NCBI GenBank assembly: GCA_050253075.1
Contig: JBFWJS010000006.1
Span: forward strand, 32,001-96,000
DNA length: 64,000 bases
DNA from: Deferribacterales bacterium
GTDB lineage: Bacteria; Chrysiogenota; Deferribacteres; Deferribacterales; Geovibrionaceae
Reading direction: 5' to 3'
The notes under the pieces were generated by a model. The model saw only the letters and a program-made list of their open reading frames with translations. It was not told the origin of the DNA and searched no databases. Positions 18,495-29,360 of this stretch are shown in pieces; the stretch's first letter is position 1; each line of letters opens with the position of its first letter. The position numbers and the translations under genes were made by a program.

Positions 18495-19173
18495 GAGAGC
18501 CGAAGTACTTTCTGATAAGGCTTTCGGCCAGGGTCAGGTCTTCCGAATAGGTTAGTTTGACGTTGTCGGGGCTGGACGGAACCCAAGAGACGCTCTTGCG
18601 GTACATCTCCATAGCCTGCGCTTCGTCTGTGACGGCTATGTCAAATTCCGCTGCATTCTCGATGGCCTTTTTCAGCACTGAGGTTTTGAACACCTGCGGT
18701 GTGTGTGAAAGTATGTATTCATCCCTGTTGACTGTTTTATCTATCTTTCCGCCGTCCACTCTCTTCAAAGTATCCCTGACCTGAAGCCCGCATATCGCAG
18801 CCCCGCTCTTTGCTGCGGATTCTACGACAGCCTGCACCAGCGCAGGAGTGATGAATGGTCTGACGGCATCGTGTATGAGCACCATGTCGGTCTTGACGGC
18901 TTTTATGCAGTTATATACGGTCTCATACCTCTCTGCACCACCCTCTATCAGACGATAGTTAGAGACATCTGCCATGCGTGCCTGCTCTCTTATATATTCA
19001 AAATCGGAAGGACTCGCCCCCATCAGGAATTCCTGAAAGGGGTAAGCCCGTTTTAATGCTGTAAGCGTATAGTAGAAAACGGTATTGTCGAAAATAGTAA
19101 AGAACTGCTTTTTGACGTCTCCGCCAAATCTCTTTCCTATCCCCGCTGCGGGGATGACAGCCGTTATGCTCAA
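18484..19173 (-). CDS. ispD: 2-C-methyl-D-erythritol 4-phosphate cytidylyltransferase
   Basis: PAAGIGKRF..KQF, GG.ER, IHDAVRP, TPQ.F, TDEA, NVKLT..EDL. Confidence 0.93.
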   Translation of the reverse strand: MSITAVIPAAGIGKRFGGDVKKQFFTIFDNTVFYYTLTALKRAYPFQEFLMGASPSDFEYIREQARMADVSNYRLIEGGAERYETVYNCIKAVKTDMVLIHDAVRPFITPALVQAVVESAAKSGAAICGLQVRDTLKRVDGGKIDKTVNRDEYILSHTPQVFKTSVLKKAIENAAEFDIAVTDEAQAMEMYRKSVSWVPSSPDNVKLTYSEDLTLAESLIRKYFGSLTP

Positions 19174-20144
19174 GATTTTGCCTTTGTGAAGATGATACGT
19201 CCGGACTCTGTCTGCAGCAGACTGGTGACAGACACCTTTACGGTCTTGCCTATCAGCTTTCGTCCGTTCTCCACCACTATCATTGTTCCGTCGTCGAGGT
19301 ATCCTACACCCTGATTCTGCTCTTTACCCTCTTTCACAACGTTTATCTCGAAATCCTCCCCCGGGAGGACGGTCTGGCGCATTGCCATGGCGAGGTTGTT
19401 TATGTTCAGAGCGGGAATGTCCTGTATCTCGGCTACCTTCAGCAGGTTAAAGTCTGTGGTGACGATGCCGGCTTTCAGCTTTTTCGCCAGAGCGACGAGC
19501 TTCTCGTCCACTGTGCCGATGTCGCTGAAGTCTGTATTATTTATATCCACGGGCAGTATGGTCTGTTCCTGCAGTCTTTTCAGCACATTCAGACCTCTGC
19601 GCCCTTTCTGTCTGCGCAGGTGGTCGTGTGAGTCGGCTATATTCTGCAGCTCTTTCAGCACGAATGTCGGGATGACCAGCGCACCTTCGACGATGCCCGT
19701 ATCCACAATATCCGCCATTCTGCCGTCTATCAGCGTGGATGTATCCAGCACCTTTGCCGTTGCCGAATACCTCGGCGCTTTCGGCTGTTTCACCGAGAGT
19801 TTGTTTATCAGAGCTTCAAATATCCATGAAACCTTCTGACCGACCATAACACCCAGATAAAGCATAAAGAAATAAAATGCCAGCCTGAGCGCATCACTTG
19901 TGAAATAAGCCGTAAATATAGACGCGAGGGAGTAACCAATAAGTAAAAAAACGAGCGCACCGAAAGCACCGCTGAAAAAACGGTAACTCTTGATGTCGGA
20001 AATAAGAGTTTCAATAAAGACGATTGCAAAAATTACTCCGAGCGAATACAGAACAGCCTGTTCCATAGTGATATCTACCTTGTCCCTTGTCAGGACGAAG
20101 ACGACCACTATAAAAATGGCGTAAACTATTCTAAATATCCACAT
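19170..20144 (-). CDS. Membrane PIN/TRAM-domain protein (YacL-like)
   Basis: N-terminal TMs, LDTSTLIDGR PIN, GVGYLDDGTMIVVE TRAM; upstream of ispD. Confidence 0.9.
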   Translation of the reverse strand: MWIFRIVYAIFIVVVFVLTRDKVDITMEQAVLYSLGVIFAIVFIETLISDIKSYRFFSGAFGALVFLLIGYSLASIFTAYFTSDALRLAFYFFMLYLGVMVGQKVSWIFEALINKLSVKQPKAPRYSATAKVLDTSTLIDGRMADIVDTGIVEGALVIPTFVLKELQNIADSHDHLRRQKGRRGLNVLKRLQEQTILPVDINNTDFSDIGTVDEKLVALAKKLKAGIVTTDFNLLKVAEIQDIPALNINNLAMAMRQTVLPGEDFEINVVKEGKEQNQGVGYLDDGTMIVVENGRKLIGKTVKVSVTSLLQTESGRIIFTKAKS

Positions 20145-20145
20145 A

Positions 20146-21147
20146 TTATCCTCTTTTCAAATAATTGTTTAAGGACTCAAAGTCCTCTTTCCTGCCGAGT
20201 GCGATGAGAGTATCCCCCGCTGTGAGTATCTCGTCAGGGCCGGGGTTATATATGAATCCCCGCTTGCTCTTGCTGATGGCGACGATGATTATCCCGTGAC
20301 TCCTGATGTTTGAGTCTTTGATAGTCGTGCCGTCCAGCTTACAGTTTTCTGCGACAGCCACCTCCTCTACCATGATGTTATATCCTGTCTGCCCCATAGC
20401 CATGTCTATGAAGTCTGTTACATGGGGCTTGATGATGCTCTGTGCTATGCTCTGCCCGCCGATGGTATACGGAGATACGATCTTATCCGCACCCGCCCAC
20501 ATCAGCTTGCTCTGCGCCTCTTCCTGTGCGCATTTCGTAACGACATAAAGGTCTCTGTTCAGCCCCTTCGCCGTGAGAACGATATAAAGGTTCGTAACAT
20601 CCTGATCCACAACGGTGATAAGCCCCTTTGCACGGAGTATCCCCGCCTTAAGCTGTACGCTCTCGTGTGTGGCATCGCCTGTGACGAAGAGGTACTGATT
20701 CTCGGATGTTTCGCTCTGTCTCGGATGAGGATCTATTATCACAAACGGAAGATTGTTCTCCGACAGCAGGTTAGCTATTATGCGCCCCATCCTGCCGAAT
20801 CCGCATAGGATATAATGATCTTCCAGAGCATCTATTTTACTTTCCATCTTCTTTCTCCCGAACATGTTTCTCAGCTCTCCGGCGACCACATAGTCAACAA
20901 ACTGCGATGCAGTATATGCCAGAGTACCCGTACCCAAAATGATCAAAAAAATCGTAAAAACCTTTCCCCCTTGTGAAAGAGGTATCACCTCACCGAAACC
21001 GACGGTGGATATGGTGATAACGGTCATGTAAAGCGCATCTATTAAGCTGGCTCTCTCGATAAGCATATAACCCACCACGCCTAAGGCCATGGTGGCAAGT
21101 ATGAGAAATCCGCCTACATAGACAAATTTAACCTTTGATTCTCCCAT
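20146..21147 (-). CDS. Potassium channel protein (2TM pore + RCK/TrkA domains)
   Basis: TVGFG selectivity filter, CGFGRMG NAD-binding motif, TrkA_C. Confidence 0.9.
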   Translation of the reverse strand: MGESKVKFVYVGGFLILATMALGVVGYMLIERASLIDALYMTVITISTVGFGEVIPLSQGGKVFTIFLIILGTGTLAYTASQFVDYVVAGELRNMFGRKKMESKIDALEDHYILCGFGRMGRIIANLLSENNLPFVIIDPHPRQSETSENQYLFVTGDATHESVQLKAGILRAKGLITVVDQDVTNLYIVLTAKGLNRDLYVVTKCAQEEAQSKLMWAGADKIVSPYTIGGQSIAQSIIKPHVTDFIDMAMGQTGYNIMVEEVAVAENCKLDGTTIKDSNIRSHGIIIVAISKSKRGFIYNPGPDEILTAGDTLIALGRKEDFESLNNYLKRG

Positions 21148-21962
21148 TAGAAGATTATCCCCACTAAGCGTACTAACATTGTCTTGATGAAGTATACTAC
21201 AAATATCAGTACCATGGCGCTAATATCTATGACGCCGATAGTGGGAATTATCTTTCTGAAAGGTTCCATAACAGGCTCGGTGAGCGAGTGTATGATCTGA
21301 ACCACAGGGTTGCGGGGGTCGGGGCTCACCCAGCTCATCAGAGCACGGATGATCACAAGCCATACGAATATGTCAAGCAGGCCGGCAACAGTGAGCAGAT
21401 TCGCCCTCGTAGCCAGCATCAGCGAACCAACAGGGTTCACCGCACTGCCTATCATCGCCTGATACGCAACATTCACTCCTGCTGTGGCAGCAGTGAAAAA
21501 TGCGAAGATTATTATAATAGCGGGTATGATGACCGCATTGCTTTTGATGGGGATAAATGTCCTTGTCAGCTTCACCCAGAAGGATGCTATGCGCTTGAAA
21601 AACATAGCATAGTGCGTCATGCTCGCATTGCCTGCGAAACCGCCCAAAATGGTGCTTACGATGTAAAACATCATGAGAAAGCCGAGTATGTCCGCCAGCC
21701 CGTAAAGCATCGCAGTAGGGATGCCCGCCGTAGTCAGCATGAAAACCACGAGACCGTCCAGAACAACCGCCAGCAGGATAAATACAGGCAGTATATTATC
21801 CGCACTCTTCTTTGTCAGCTTGAACGTCTTTTCCAGTATAGGGTCTGTCATCTTCCCCACCAGCTTGCCCAGCGGGTTGAAGTATAGCTCCTGCCTTGTC
21901 ATAACTGTCCTGAATATCAGAACAACCAGAAAGAATTTTATAACTGATTGTAAAAGTCCCAT
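21147..21962 (-). CDS. yggT: YggT-family membrane protein (tandem domains)
   Basis: C-terminal SWVSPDPRNP...LTEP...IDIS; N-terminal NP..K...KMTDP degenerate copy. Confidence 0.8.
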   Translation of the reverse strand: MGLLQSVIKFFLVVLIFRTVMTRQELYFNPLGKLVGKMTDPILEKTFKLTKKSADNILPVFILLAVVLDGLVVFMLTTAGIPTAMLYGLADILGFLMMFYIVSTILGGFAGNASMTHYAMFFKRIASFWVKLTRTFIPIKSNAVIIPAIIIIFAFFTAATAGVNVAYQAMIGSAVNPVGSLMLATRANLLTVAGLLDIFVWLVIIRALMSWVSPDPRNPVVQIIHSLTEPVMEPFRKIIPTIGVIDISAMVLIFVVYFIKTMLVRLVGIIF

Positions 21963-21973
21963 ATCATATCCTC

Positions 21974-22654
21974 TTAATAAGTTCTATGCCCGAAGAGAGC
22001 CGTACCTATGCGCACCATTGTGCTCCCTTCCTCCACGGCTATCAGGTGATCGTCGCTCATCCCCATTGAGAGGATGTCCATGCCGTAGCCCTTCTCGTCG
22101 TTTCCTTTGTCGAAGAGCTTCTTCATCCGTGCGAAGAACTGTCTGTTGTCCTCCACATCGTCCACCAGAGGGGGCATCATCATCATCCCTCTCAGGCGCA
22201 GGTTCGGGCATTTCTTTATAAAATCACAAAGTTCAAAGGCATCTTTCTCATCGGTGCCTGATTTATTTTCGTCATGGGCGATGTTTACCTGTATGAGAAC
22301 ATCCTGAACACGCCCTTCTTTCTCAAAGTGCTTCTGCATAAGCTCCGCAAGCTCCTCGGAGTCTACGGAATGGATGAGTGCGAAGTTGTCCTTGAGGTAT
22401 TTCACCTTATTTTTCTGGATGTGCCCGATGAAGTGTATCTCTACCTTATCCTTCATCTCTGCAGCCTTTTCCAGAGCTTCCTGCACACGGTTTTCACCAT
22501 AGATTTTATGTCCTGTGGTTTCGTATGCGTTTATTATGTCAGACAGAGGAAAACGCTTGCTCACGGCGACCACGGTCACTTCACGTGTGATGCCGCTGCG
22601 CTTTTTCGCTTCCTCTATTCCTGATTTTATACTTTCCAGCCTGTCCTTAAACAC
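21974..22654 (-). CDS. yggS: PLP homeostasis protein
   Basis: VAVSK, GENRVQE, HFIGHIQ.NK, LSMGMS.D, VRIGTALFG. Confidence 0.95.
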   Translation of the reverse strand: MFKDRLESIKSGIEEAKKRSGITREVTVVAVSKRFPLSDIINAYETTGHKIYGENRVQEALEKAAEMKDKVEIHFIGHIQKNKVKYLKDNFALIHSVDSEELAELMQKHFEKEGRVQDVLIQVNIAHDENKSGTDEKDAFELCDFIKKCPNLRLRGMMMMPPLVDDVEDNRQFFARMKKLFDKGNDEKGYGMDILSMGMSDDHLIAVEEGSTMVRIGTALFGHRTY

Positions 22655-23396
22655 TTTCCCGCCTCACAATCACACCGAGCATCCTGCCTGTTTTCCCTTT
22701 GTCCCTGCGGTAAGAGTAAAGGTCACCGCTGGCAAATGTGCAGTCTCTGATGTGCTCTATGTTTGTTATACCTTTTGATCTGAGGTTTTCTTCTATGACT
22801 GTTCTGATACACAGCCTGTAGCTGCCGTCGGTCTCTGCCACGGCTTTCGGGCATATAGCAGCAAACTTTTCGGCGAGCTCTGCGCCCACTTCATAGTTTT
22901 CGGCGGATATCCCCGGACCTATCCCCGCATAAACAGGGAAATCATTATATTTCTCAAACATCTTCACAGCTTCGCTCATGATGTCCGCAGATACGGATTT
23001 ATGACCGCAATGTAAAGCGGCGATCCCTTTTTGCCCCGCCAGAAACAGGTTATAGCAGTCGGCAGTGAGTATGCCTATGGCAACGTTCTTTTCCAGTGTG
23101 AAAAGCCCGTCCCCTTCTTTATACATCACATCGGGATAGTTATCCGATGTGACCTCGTGCACGATATTACCATGCACCTGTAAAAGGGTCGTCAGGTTGT
23201 TTAGACCGAAAGCACCCTTTAAAAGTTCAATATTTTTGACCGCGAATGACGCATTTTCATCAGTGTAAATAGCCATGTTCATTGAGGAAAATTCATTCAC
23301 GCTGTATCCGCCGTGACGTGTGGTGACAAAGCAGTCCACGCCGCTCGGCGCACTTTCATATCTGATTACAGGGATGTTAGCCTTGCTGATGTCCAT
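22647..23396 (-). CDS. pgeF: Peptidoglycan editing factor / purine nucleoside phosphorylase YfiH
   Basis: TTRHGG, QVHG, TADC, IGPGI, YSYRR..TGR. Confidence 0.9.
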   Translation of the reverse strand: MDISKANIPVIRYESAPSGVDCFVTTRHGGYSVNEFSSMNMAIYTDENASFAVKNIELLKGAFGLNNLTTLLQVHGNIVHEVTSDNYPDVMYKEGDGLFTLEKNVAIGILTADCYNLFLAGQKGIAALHCGHKSVSADIMSEAVKMFEKYNDFPVYAGIGPGISAENYEVGAELAEKFAAICPKAVAETDGSYRLCIRTVIEENLRSKGITNIEHIRDCTFASGDLYSYRRDKGKTGRMLGVIVRRESV

Positions 23397-23454
23397 AGTC
23401 ACCTCTATTCTTTTATCCTACAAGAGGTTAGTCTATTCAGCAAGTAAAAAGGAT

Positions 23455-24615
23455 TTAATTAACCTCGGAAAGCTCCGCTTTTCTCACTTCTCTGTCTATA
23501 AACTGTACGAAAAACAATGAACATAAAGCGAGTACAACACCGGAAAAGAATGATATTCGATAGTCCAGAAGCCAGAGCGCACCGCCTATCACAGGGATGA
23601 AAACGGCAGCTATGTGGTTTATGGTGAAGCCCATCGCCATACCGTTTGCGAAGTCGGATGGGTCTGCGATCTTCTGATAAAATGTCCGTATCGATACGGA
23701 AAAGTTGAATACAATGTGATCTATGATGTAGAGGGCGGCGATAAGTATCTTACTGTCCAGCAGTGCGTATCCTGTGAATACAATGACGAGGACGCTGTAT
23801 TCGAGGCTGAGCATCTTCCTCTCGCCGAATCTGTTTATACCCTTTCCTATCAGCGGGTTAAAAAAGTAGTTCACTCCGTTGTTCAGTATGAAAAGTACGG
23901 CGATCTCCGTTGCGGAGAACTCGAACTTCTCCACCATAAGGAAAACTGAGAAAGCTACAAAAACCTGTCTGCGTGCCCCTGCGAGAAATGTCAGCATGTA
24001 ATACAGCCAGTAGCTCTTATTCAGTGTGAGCTTCTTCTTCTGAGCGGGCTTTGTCGGGTCGGAAGGATCCAGCTTAAAGCAGTAGAGTCCCGCCAGTATC
24101 ACAACCAAACCTGCTATGAGATAAATATATTTATATTCCAAAAACTTAAGCAGCACGATAACCATGATGCCCGCAAAGATATTTGTCCCTGCGGCGATAC
24201 TCCGCATCCTGCTGAAGACTATGGGCGAGGTTCGCTTATCGAAATACTGAAGTGTCAGCGACTGATTGACCGTCTCGTAATAATGGAATCCGAAGGACAT
24301 GACCACTGTGGTGAATATGATGCCGTAGAACGAAGGCATGAAGCCGGTGAGAGCGACACCCGCACCGAGTGTTATAATGCTGACGGTGGCCAGCTTATGC
24401 TCAGGAAGCATGACAATGGCGAGTATAACCAGAAGCGCAAGAAAGCCTGGAACCTCACGCAGAGACTGGATGATACCCATCTGGTATCCGTCTACGTTCC
24501 CTATCTCCACCGCAAAGTTGTTAAACATTGACCTCCAGCTCTGAAATCCGACATAAGCCGCGATATTCAGTATCAGGAGGAAGAGGTACATCTGTTTATT
24601 CGACTGGTCTGTCAC
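23455..24615 (-). CDS. MFS transporter
   Basis: About 12 hydrophobic segments; REVPGFL; GFTINHIAAV. Confidence 0.85.
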   Translation of the reverse strand: MTDQSNKQMYLFLLILNIAAYVGFQSWRSMFNNFAVEIGNVDGYQMGIIQSLREVPGFLALLVILAIVMLPEHKLATVSIITLGAGVALTGFMPSFYGIIFTTVVMSFGFHYYETVNQSLTLQYFDKRTSPIVFSRMRSIAAGTNIFAGIMVIVLLKFLEYKYIYLIAGLVVILAGLYCFKLDPSDPTKPAQKKKLTLNKSYWLYYMLTFLAGARRQVFVAFSVFLMVEKFEFSATEIAVLFILNNGVNYFFNPLIGKGINRFGERKMLSLEYSVLVIVFTGYALLDSKILIAALYIIDHIVFNFSVSIRTFYQKIADPSDFANGMAMGFTINHIAAVFIPVIGGALWLLDYRISFFSGVVLALCSLFFVQFIDREVRKAELSEVN

Positions 24616-25145
24616 TTCATTTTATCCAGGGTGGTTTTAAATACGGAATAATCATTTTCACTGTAGAGGCATAATGCTATCTTTTTCAGACCTATACCCG
24701 AGTGCATTTTTTCCAGCACGGCACCGACGATAACCTTCGCCGCATCCGCAAGCGGATATCTGAAAACACCTGTGGAAATAGCGGGAATAGCTATCGTATT
24801 TAAATTATATTCATCAGCTAGTTCTATAGATTTTATAATAGCTGACTTTAAGTATTTTTCAGGCTCCGGGTCTATGCCGTATCTCGGTCCGACAGCATGT
24901 ATGACATACTTCGCCAGCAGGCGTCCGCCTGTCGTGATGACAGCTCCACCCAGCGGACAGGAGCCTATCCTGTCGCACTCTTCCTGAATGACCTTGCCGC
25001 CTTTTAAGAGTATAGCACCTGCAACACCGGCTCCCATATGGAGCTTAGTATTGGCAGCGTTCACTATCGCATCCGTAGGCTGCTTTGTTATATCCCTTAA
25101 AATAACCTCAAGGGCAGTTCCGTTTATTTCTGTATTTACGCCCAT
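24612..25145 (-). CDS. Macrodomain protein (YmdB/MacroD-like ADP-ribose hydrolase)
   Basis: DIT, AIVNAAN, GAGVAGAI, HAVGP, PAISTGVF.YP. Confidence 0.92.
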   Translation of the reverse strand: MGVNTEINGTALEVILRDITKQPTDAIVNAANTKLHMGAGVAGAILLKGGKVIQEECDRIGSCPLGGAVITTGGRLLAKYVIHAVGPRYGIDPEPEKYLKSAIIKSIELADEYNLNTIAIPAISTGVFRYPLADAAKVIVGAVLEKMHSGIGLKKIALCLYSENDYSVFKTTLDKMK

Positions 25146-27685
25146 TTAACCATATTCAATTCAAATATATTTTTTATAAATTCGTGCGCAGGAAGGAGCG
25201 CAAAGCCGACCTTCATCTTTCCTGCTCTGCCTATCTTATACCCTGCTTTATAGTAGTGTCCGCCGTTGTTGTCGTCTACGTGATGGAGCTTTATGAACTC
25301 GGGCTTTTTCAGCACCCCGCTCTCTCCGTCGAAGTCTACCACGGCGTATACGTCCAGATGCAGGTGATCTACCTTCGGCGATGATATAGTTGCTTCAAAG
25401 GTTATCTCTGAGCCCATCTCCATAGTATCAGCCTGTACGTTTGTATATGTGAATTCTGAGTTATCCCATCCTGATATCACAGAGTCCTTCCACTCCAGAT
25501 ATTTATCCAGAGGTTCGAAGTTGTCCGGCTCTATATCTTTATAGAGATTATGCAGAGGGATATAAAACTTATCAGTGTATTCCATAACCATACGGGATGT
25601 GTTGAAGTATGCGGCGCAAACCTTCACAGCCTGCTTCATCATGTGCATCCACTCACGTGGAACGCCCATCCTGTCACGGTTGTAAAAGAGCGGCACTATC
25701 TCGTTCTCGAGCTTGTCGTATATCTCCATACTCTCGATATAGTCCTGATATTCTTCCTTTTCATACTCTTCGCCCGATCCGATGGCAAAGCCTGTCTCTC
25801 CGTTATAGCCTTCGTCCCACCATCCGTCGAGGATAGAGAAGTTCAGACCGCCGTTAGCGGCAATCTTCATACCTGACGTGCCCGATGCTTCCATAGGGCG
25901 TCTCGGTGTGTTCAGCCATATATCCACGCCGTGTGCGAGGTGTCTCGCCACTTCTATGTCGTAGTCTTCTATAAATACGACCTTATCCCTGAACTGAGGC
26001 TTACGGCATATGTGGAATATCTTTTTGATGATCTCCTTACCGCCGTCGTCTTTCGGGTGAGCCTTTCCTGCTATGAGGATCTGCACAGGTCTCTCCGGAT
26101 CGTTCAGTATCTTTTCCAGCCTCTCTTCATCCATAAAGAGCAGATAGCCTCGCTTATATGTGGCGAATCGCCTAGCGAAGCCTATGGTGAGGCAGTCGGA
26201 GCGGAGCACGTCGTCTGTCTTTGTTATCTCGCTGGCTGTACCGCCGCTTTTGATAACGTGTTTTTTCAGCCTTTCACGGGCAAACATGACGAGCCTGTTA
26301 CGCTGCTTCTCCTTTGCTTCGAAGAGTGCGCTGTCGGGTATCTTTTCTATGTCGTTCCACACGCTGAAGTCGTATGGCTTGCTCAGCCATGCTTCGGACA
26401 TATAGCGTGTGTAAAGTGTCTTAAAGTTTTCGGCGATGAATGTCGGCAGGTGGACGCCGTTTGTCACGTGTCCGATAGGCACATAGTCCTCGAGGGCGTT
26501 GTTCCACAGGGATTTGAACATCTCTCTGGAAACCTTCCCGTGCAGTGCGCTAACGCCGTTGCGGAATGTAGAGAGCCTGATACCGCATATCGCCATGGCA
26601 AAGCCTTCTGATTCGTCGAACGGGTTTTCACGTCCGAATCCCATCAGCTGGTTTATATTGAATCCTGTCTCGGCAAATATAGGCCCGAGATATTTATTTA
26701 TCTGGTCAGTGCTGAAAACGTCAAATCCAGCAGGCACAGGGGTGTGCGTTGTGAAAAGTGTCGATTTCTTCACTATTTCGGCGGCCTTTTTCAGTGATAT
26801 TCCGTCGTGTACGTATTGTCTGATTCGCTCCAGAGCACAGAATGAAGGGTGTCCTTCGTTTAGGTGGTAAACGCTGGGCTTCTTGCCCATAGCGAGTAGC
26901 GCCCTTGCGCCCGCTATACCGAGGATTATCTCCTGCTTGAGACGCATATCGGTATCACCGCCATAGAGCTGTCCTGTGATCTTTCTGTCTTCCAGATTGT
27001 TTGTTATGACGTCGGTGTCCATCAGATAAAGGGTGATAACGCCAACCTTCATCTCCCATACCTGCACGGCGACATCTCTGTCGGCTATTTTCACATAGAC
27101 CGTCAGCGGACTGCCGTCCTCGTTCATTACCTGATTCAGAGGCATACGGTGAAATTCGTTATAAGGGACAGACTGCTGCTGCCATCCGTCGGTGTTAAGA
27201 TACTGATGGAAATAACCGTTTCTATAAAGCAGACCGACGGCTATGAAAGGTATGCCGAGGTCGCTCGCTGATTTACAATGATCGCCTGAGAGAACGCCGA
27301 GACCGCCCGAATAGAGCTTTACAGATTCGTGTATGCCGTATTCCGCACTGAAATATGCTACACACATGTCCTCTGCACGCTTGCCTCCGTGGGCAAGGTC
27401 GAACCATTTCGGCAGGTCTTTGTATTCCTTCAGCTTGTCGTAGACATTGTCCATGAAGTTCATAAATACAGGGTCGGATGTCAGCCTTTGAAAGTCCTTT
27501 GTGCTGAGCTTTGATATGACCCAGACAGGGTTGTGCCCGCACTCTTCCCACAGGTCGAAATCTATCATGCGGAAGAGCTCTCTCGCCTCCCAGTTCCAAC
27601 TGTACCAGAGGTTATGCGCTATCTCCTCCAGAGGTTTAAGTGCATCGGGGAGCTTTGTTTTTACATTAAACTCATAAACTTTCAT
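25136..27685 (-). CDS. glgP: Alpha-glucan (glycogen) phosphorylase
   Basis: YSGGLGVL, NEGH, ARRFATYKR, EASGTSGMK PLP site. Confidence 0.95.
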   Translation of the reverse strand: MKVYEFNVKTKLPDALKPLEEIAHNLWYSWNWEARELFRMIDFDLWEECGHNPVWVISKLSTKDFQRLTSDPVFMNFMDNVYDKLKEYKDLPKWFDLAHGGKRAEDMCVAYFSAEYGIHESVKLYSGGLGVLSGDHCKSASDLGIPFIAVGLLYRNGYFHQYLNTDGWQQQSVPYNEFHRMPLNQVMNEDGSPLTVYVKIADRDVAVQVWEMKVGVITLYLMDTDVITNNLEDRKITGQLYGGDTDMRLKQEIILGIAGARALLAMGKKPSVYHLNEGHPSFCALERIRQYVHDGISLKKAAEIVKKSTLFTTHTPVPAGFDVFSTDQINKYLGPIFAETGFNINQLMGFGRENPFDESEGFAMAICGIRLSTFRNGVSALHGKVSREMFKSLWNNALEDYVPIGHVTNGVHLPTFIAENFKTLYTRYMSEAWLSKPYDFSVWNDIEKIPDSALFEAKEKQRNRLVMFARERLKKHVIKSGGTASEITKTDDVLRSDCLTIGFARRFATYKRGYLLFMDEERLEKILNDPERPVQILIAGKAHPKDDGGKEIIKKIFHICRKPQFRDKVVFIEDYDIEVARHLAHGVDIWLNTPRRPMEASGTSGMKIAANGGLNFSILDGWWDEGYNGETGFAIGSGEEYEKEEYQDYIESMEIYDKLENEIVPLFYNRDRMGVPREWMHMMKQAVKVCAAYFNTSRMVMEYTDKFYIPLHNLYKDIEPDNFEPLDKYLEWKDSVISGWDNSEFTYTNVQADTMEMGSEITFEATISSPKVDHLHLDVYAVVDFDGESGVLKKPEFIKLHHVDDNNGGHYYKAGYKIGRAGKMKVGFALLPAHEFIKNIFELNMVKWA

Positions 27686-27716
27686 AGTTATCCACCTGTA
27701 TTATAAACAAATAGTA

Positions 27717-28151
27717 TTATACGCCTGTGTGCCCGAAACCGCCTGCGCCTCTGTCTGTATCAGAGAGGTCTTCGACAGCTTCAAACTTTGCCTGAACCAC
27801 GGGAGCGATGACCATCTGTGCGATGCGGTCGCCCTTTTCGTATGTGAATGTAACGTTGCTGTGGTTGATGAGTATCACGCCTATTTCACCGCGATAGTCT
27901 GCGTCTATTGTGCCCGGTGTATTGAGAACCGTTACGCCCTGCTTCAGCGCAAGTCCGCTTCTGGGGCGCACCTGAGCCTCATATCCTTCGGGCAGTTCTA
28001 TTGATATCCCTGTTTTTACGAGGGCATATTTACCTGATTCTATCTCGCCTGAATGGGATGCCATGAGGTCGACACCTGCTGCGAGTGATGATTTATATTC
28101 TGGTATTAATGATTTATCTTCTGCTTTGATCTTTACGGTAGTAGTCTGCAC
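27717..28151 (-). CDS. dut: dUTP diphosphatase
   Basis: [38 protein letters not shown] start after AAGGAG. Confidence 0.95.
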   Translation of the reverse strand: MQTTTVKIKAEDKSLIPEYKSSLAAGVDLMASHSGEIESGKYALVKTGISIELPEGYEAQVRPRSGLALKQGVTVLNTPGTIDADYRGEIGVILINHSNVTFTYEKGDRIAQMVIAPVVQAKFEAVEDLSDTDRGAGGFGHTGV

Positions 28152-29344
28152 AGGCTGTACTCCTTAGTGAATAAATCTTCTGCTATTAAGTTTACACTCT
28201 TAATACTTAAGGAGTCAACCAGTCCCAATATAAAATTTCCGTCAAGGAGTTGTCCATAGTGGAACAAGTGGCGGTAGTTCATCTGGACACGGCTGTCCAG
28301 CGATTCAAAATTTGCGTAATAAGAGAATTTAAGCTGATTCTTTATCATCACCAGCTCATCCTCCGTTATTCCTTTTTTCAGCAGCTTATCTATCTCTTTC
28401 TGAGTCAGCTTTATCACTTTATCGCTGTTTTCCGCAGCGCATGAATACATTATGTCGAGGTATCCGCCTGTGCTGTAAAGCACCGTCTCGCACTCGATGT
28501 TATAACACAGCCCGTGCTTCTCCCGCACCACCTGAAAAAGCCGTGAGCTCATAAGCCCGCCGAGTATCATGCCGAGACCGCCGAGGGCAAAACGCCTGTC
28601 GTCGCTGTATTTATATGCAGGATACATGAGCTGTGCATACACCTGCCCTGATTTGAACTGCTGTTCGTGGGTGAAAGTGTTGTAAACCACAGGCTCGGTG
28701 ATGATGTCATTAGCCCCTTTCGCAGAGGGAACGTTGTCGCTGATCAGCTTCATTGTCTCTTCGGATTCCACATCACCGCATACCGCTATGACACAGTTAT
28801 CCGCTGTATAATGCTCTGAGTAGTATTTCTGCAGCTTCTCAAGGGTTATTTCATTCACTGTCTCTTTTGTACCTGAGACGGGATTCTGAAGGCTGCACCC
28901 TTTGAAGAAGTGCTCCTCTGCCATCTCGCCGAGGTATTCCTCTGGGTTGTCCAGTGTGGAGTTTATCTCGTCTATGATTATCCGCTTTTCCTGCTCGAGG
29001 TCTTCCTCGGTGAATTCAGGATAGAAACAGATGTTCGCCATCAGTTTTATAAACAGCGCAAGGTTCTCTTTGAAGCCCTTTATATAGAAAGCCGTGACCT
29101 CTTTCGATGTGAATGCGTTCAGGTATCCGCCGTACATCTCGGACAGTCTGCTGATGTCCTCAGAGCTGTAGTCACGGGTTTTGCGGAAGACCATATGCTC
29201 GATAAGATGTGAAATGCCGTTAAGCTCGTTCGGCTCCTGCATAGAGCCCCTTTTGAAAAATACAAAGATGGTGAAAAGCCCCGATGTATCGGCGACCTTT
29301 TCGTATATTACAGGGATGTTATTTATATTTAAAACTGTTCGCAT
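28133..29344 (-). CDS. M16-family zinc peptidase
   Basis: HLIEH inverted zincin motif, NAFTS.E, SSRLF..VREK.GL.Y. Confidence 0.92.
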   Translation of the reverse strand: MRTVLNINNIPVIYEKVADTSGLFTIFVFFKRGSMQEPNELNGISHLIEHMVFRKTRDYSSEDISRLSEMYGGYLNAFTSKEVTAFYIKGFKENLALFIKLMANICFYPEFTEEDLEQEKRIIIDEINSTLDNPEEYLGEMAEEHFFKGCSLQNPVSGTKETVNEITLEKLQKYYSEHYTADNCVIAVCGDVESEETMKLISDNVPSAKGANDIITEPVVYNTFTHEQQFKSGQVYAQLMYPAYKYSDDRRFALGGLGMILGGLMSSRLFQVVREKHGLCYNIECETVLYSTGGYLDIMYSCAAENSDKVIKLTQKEIDKLLKKGITEDELVMIKNQLKFSYYANFESLDSRVQMNYRHLFHYGQLLDGNFILGLVDSLSIKSVNLIAEDLFTKEYSLCRLLP

Positions 29345-29360
29345 GCACAAAAATCCTCTT

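Noticed and set aside
19170..20144. PIN domain as a VapC-type toxin
   Set aside because: The membrane PIN/TRAM architecture next to ispD is the housekeeping YacL-type arrangement, and there is no antitoxin gene.
24612..25145. Macrodomain as part of a DarTG or Thoeris defence system
   Set aside because: No DarT, TIR or SIR2 gene is adjacent; it is a stand-alone YmdB-like protein.
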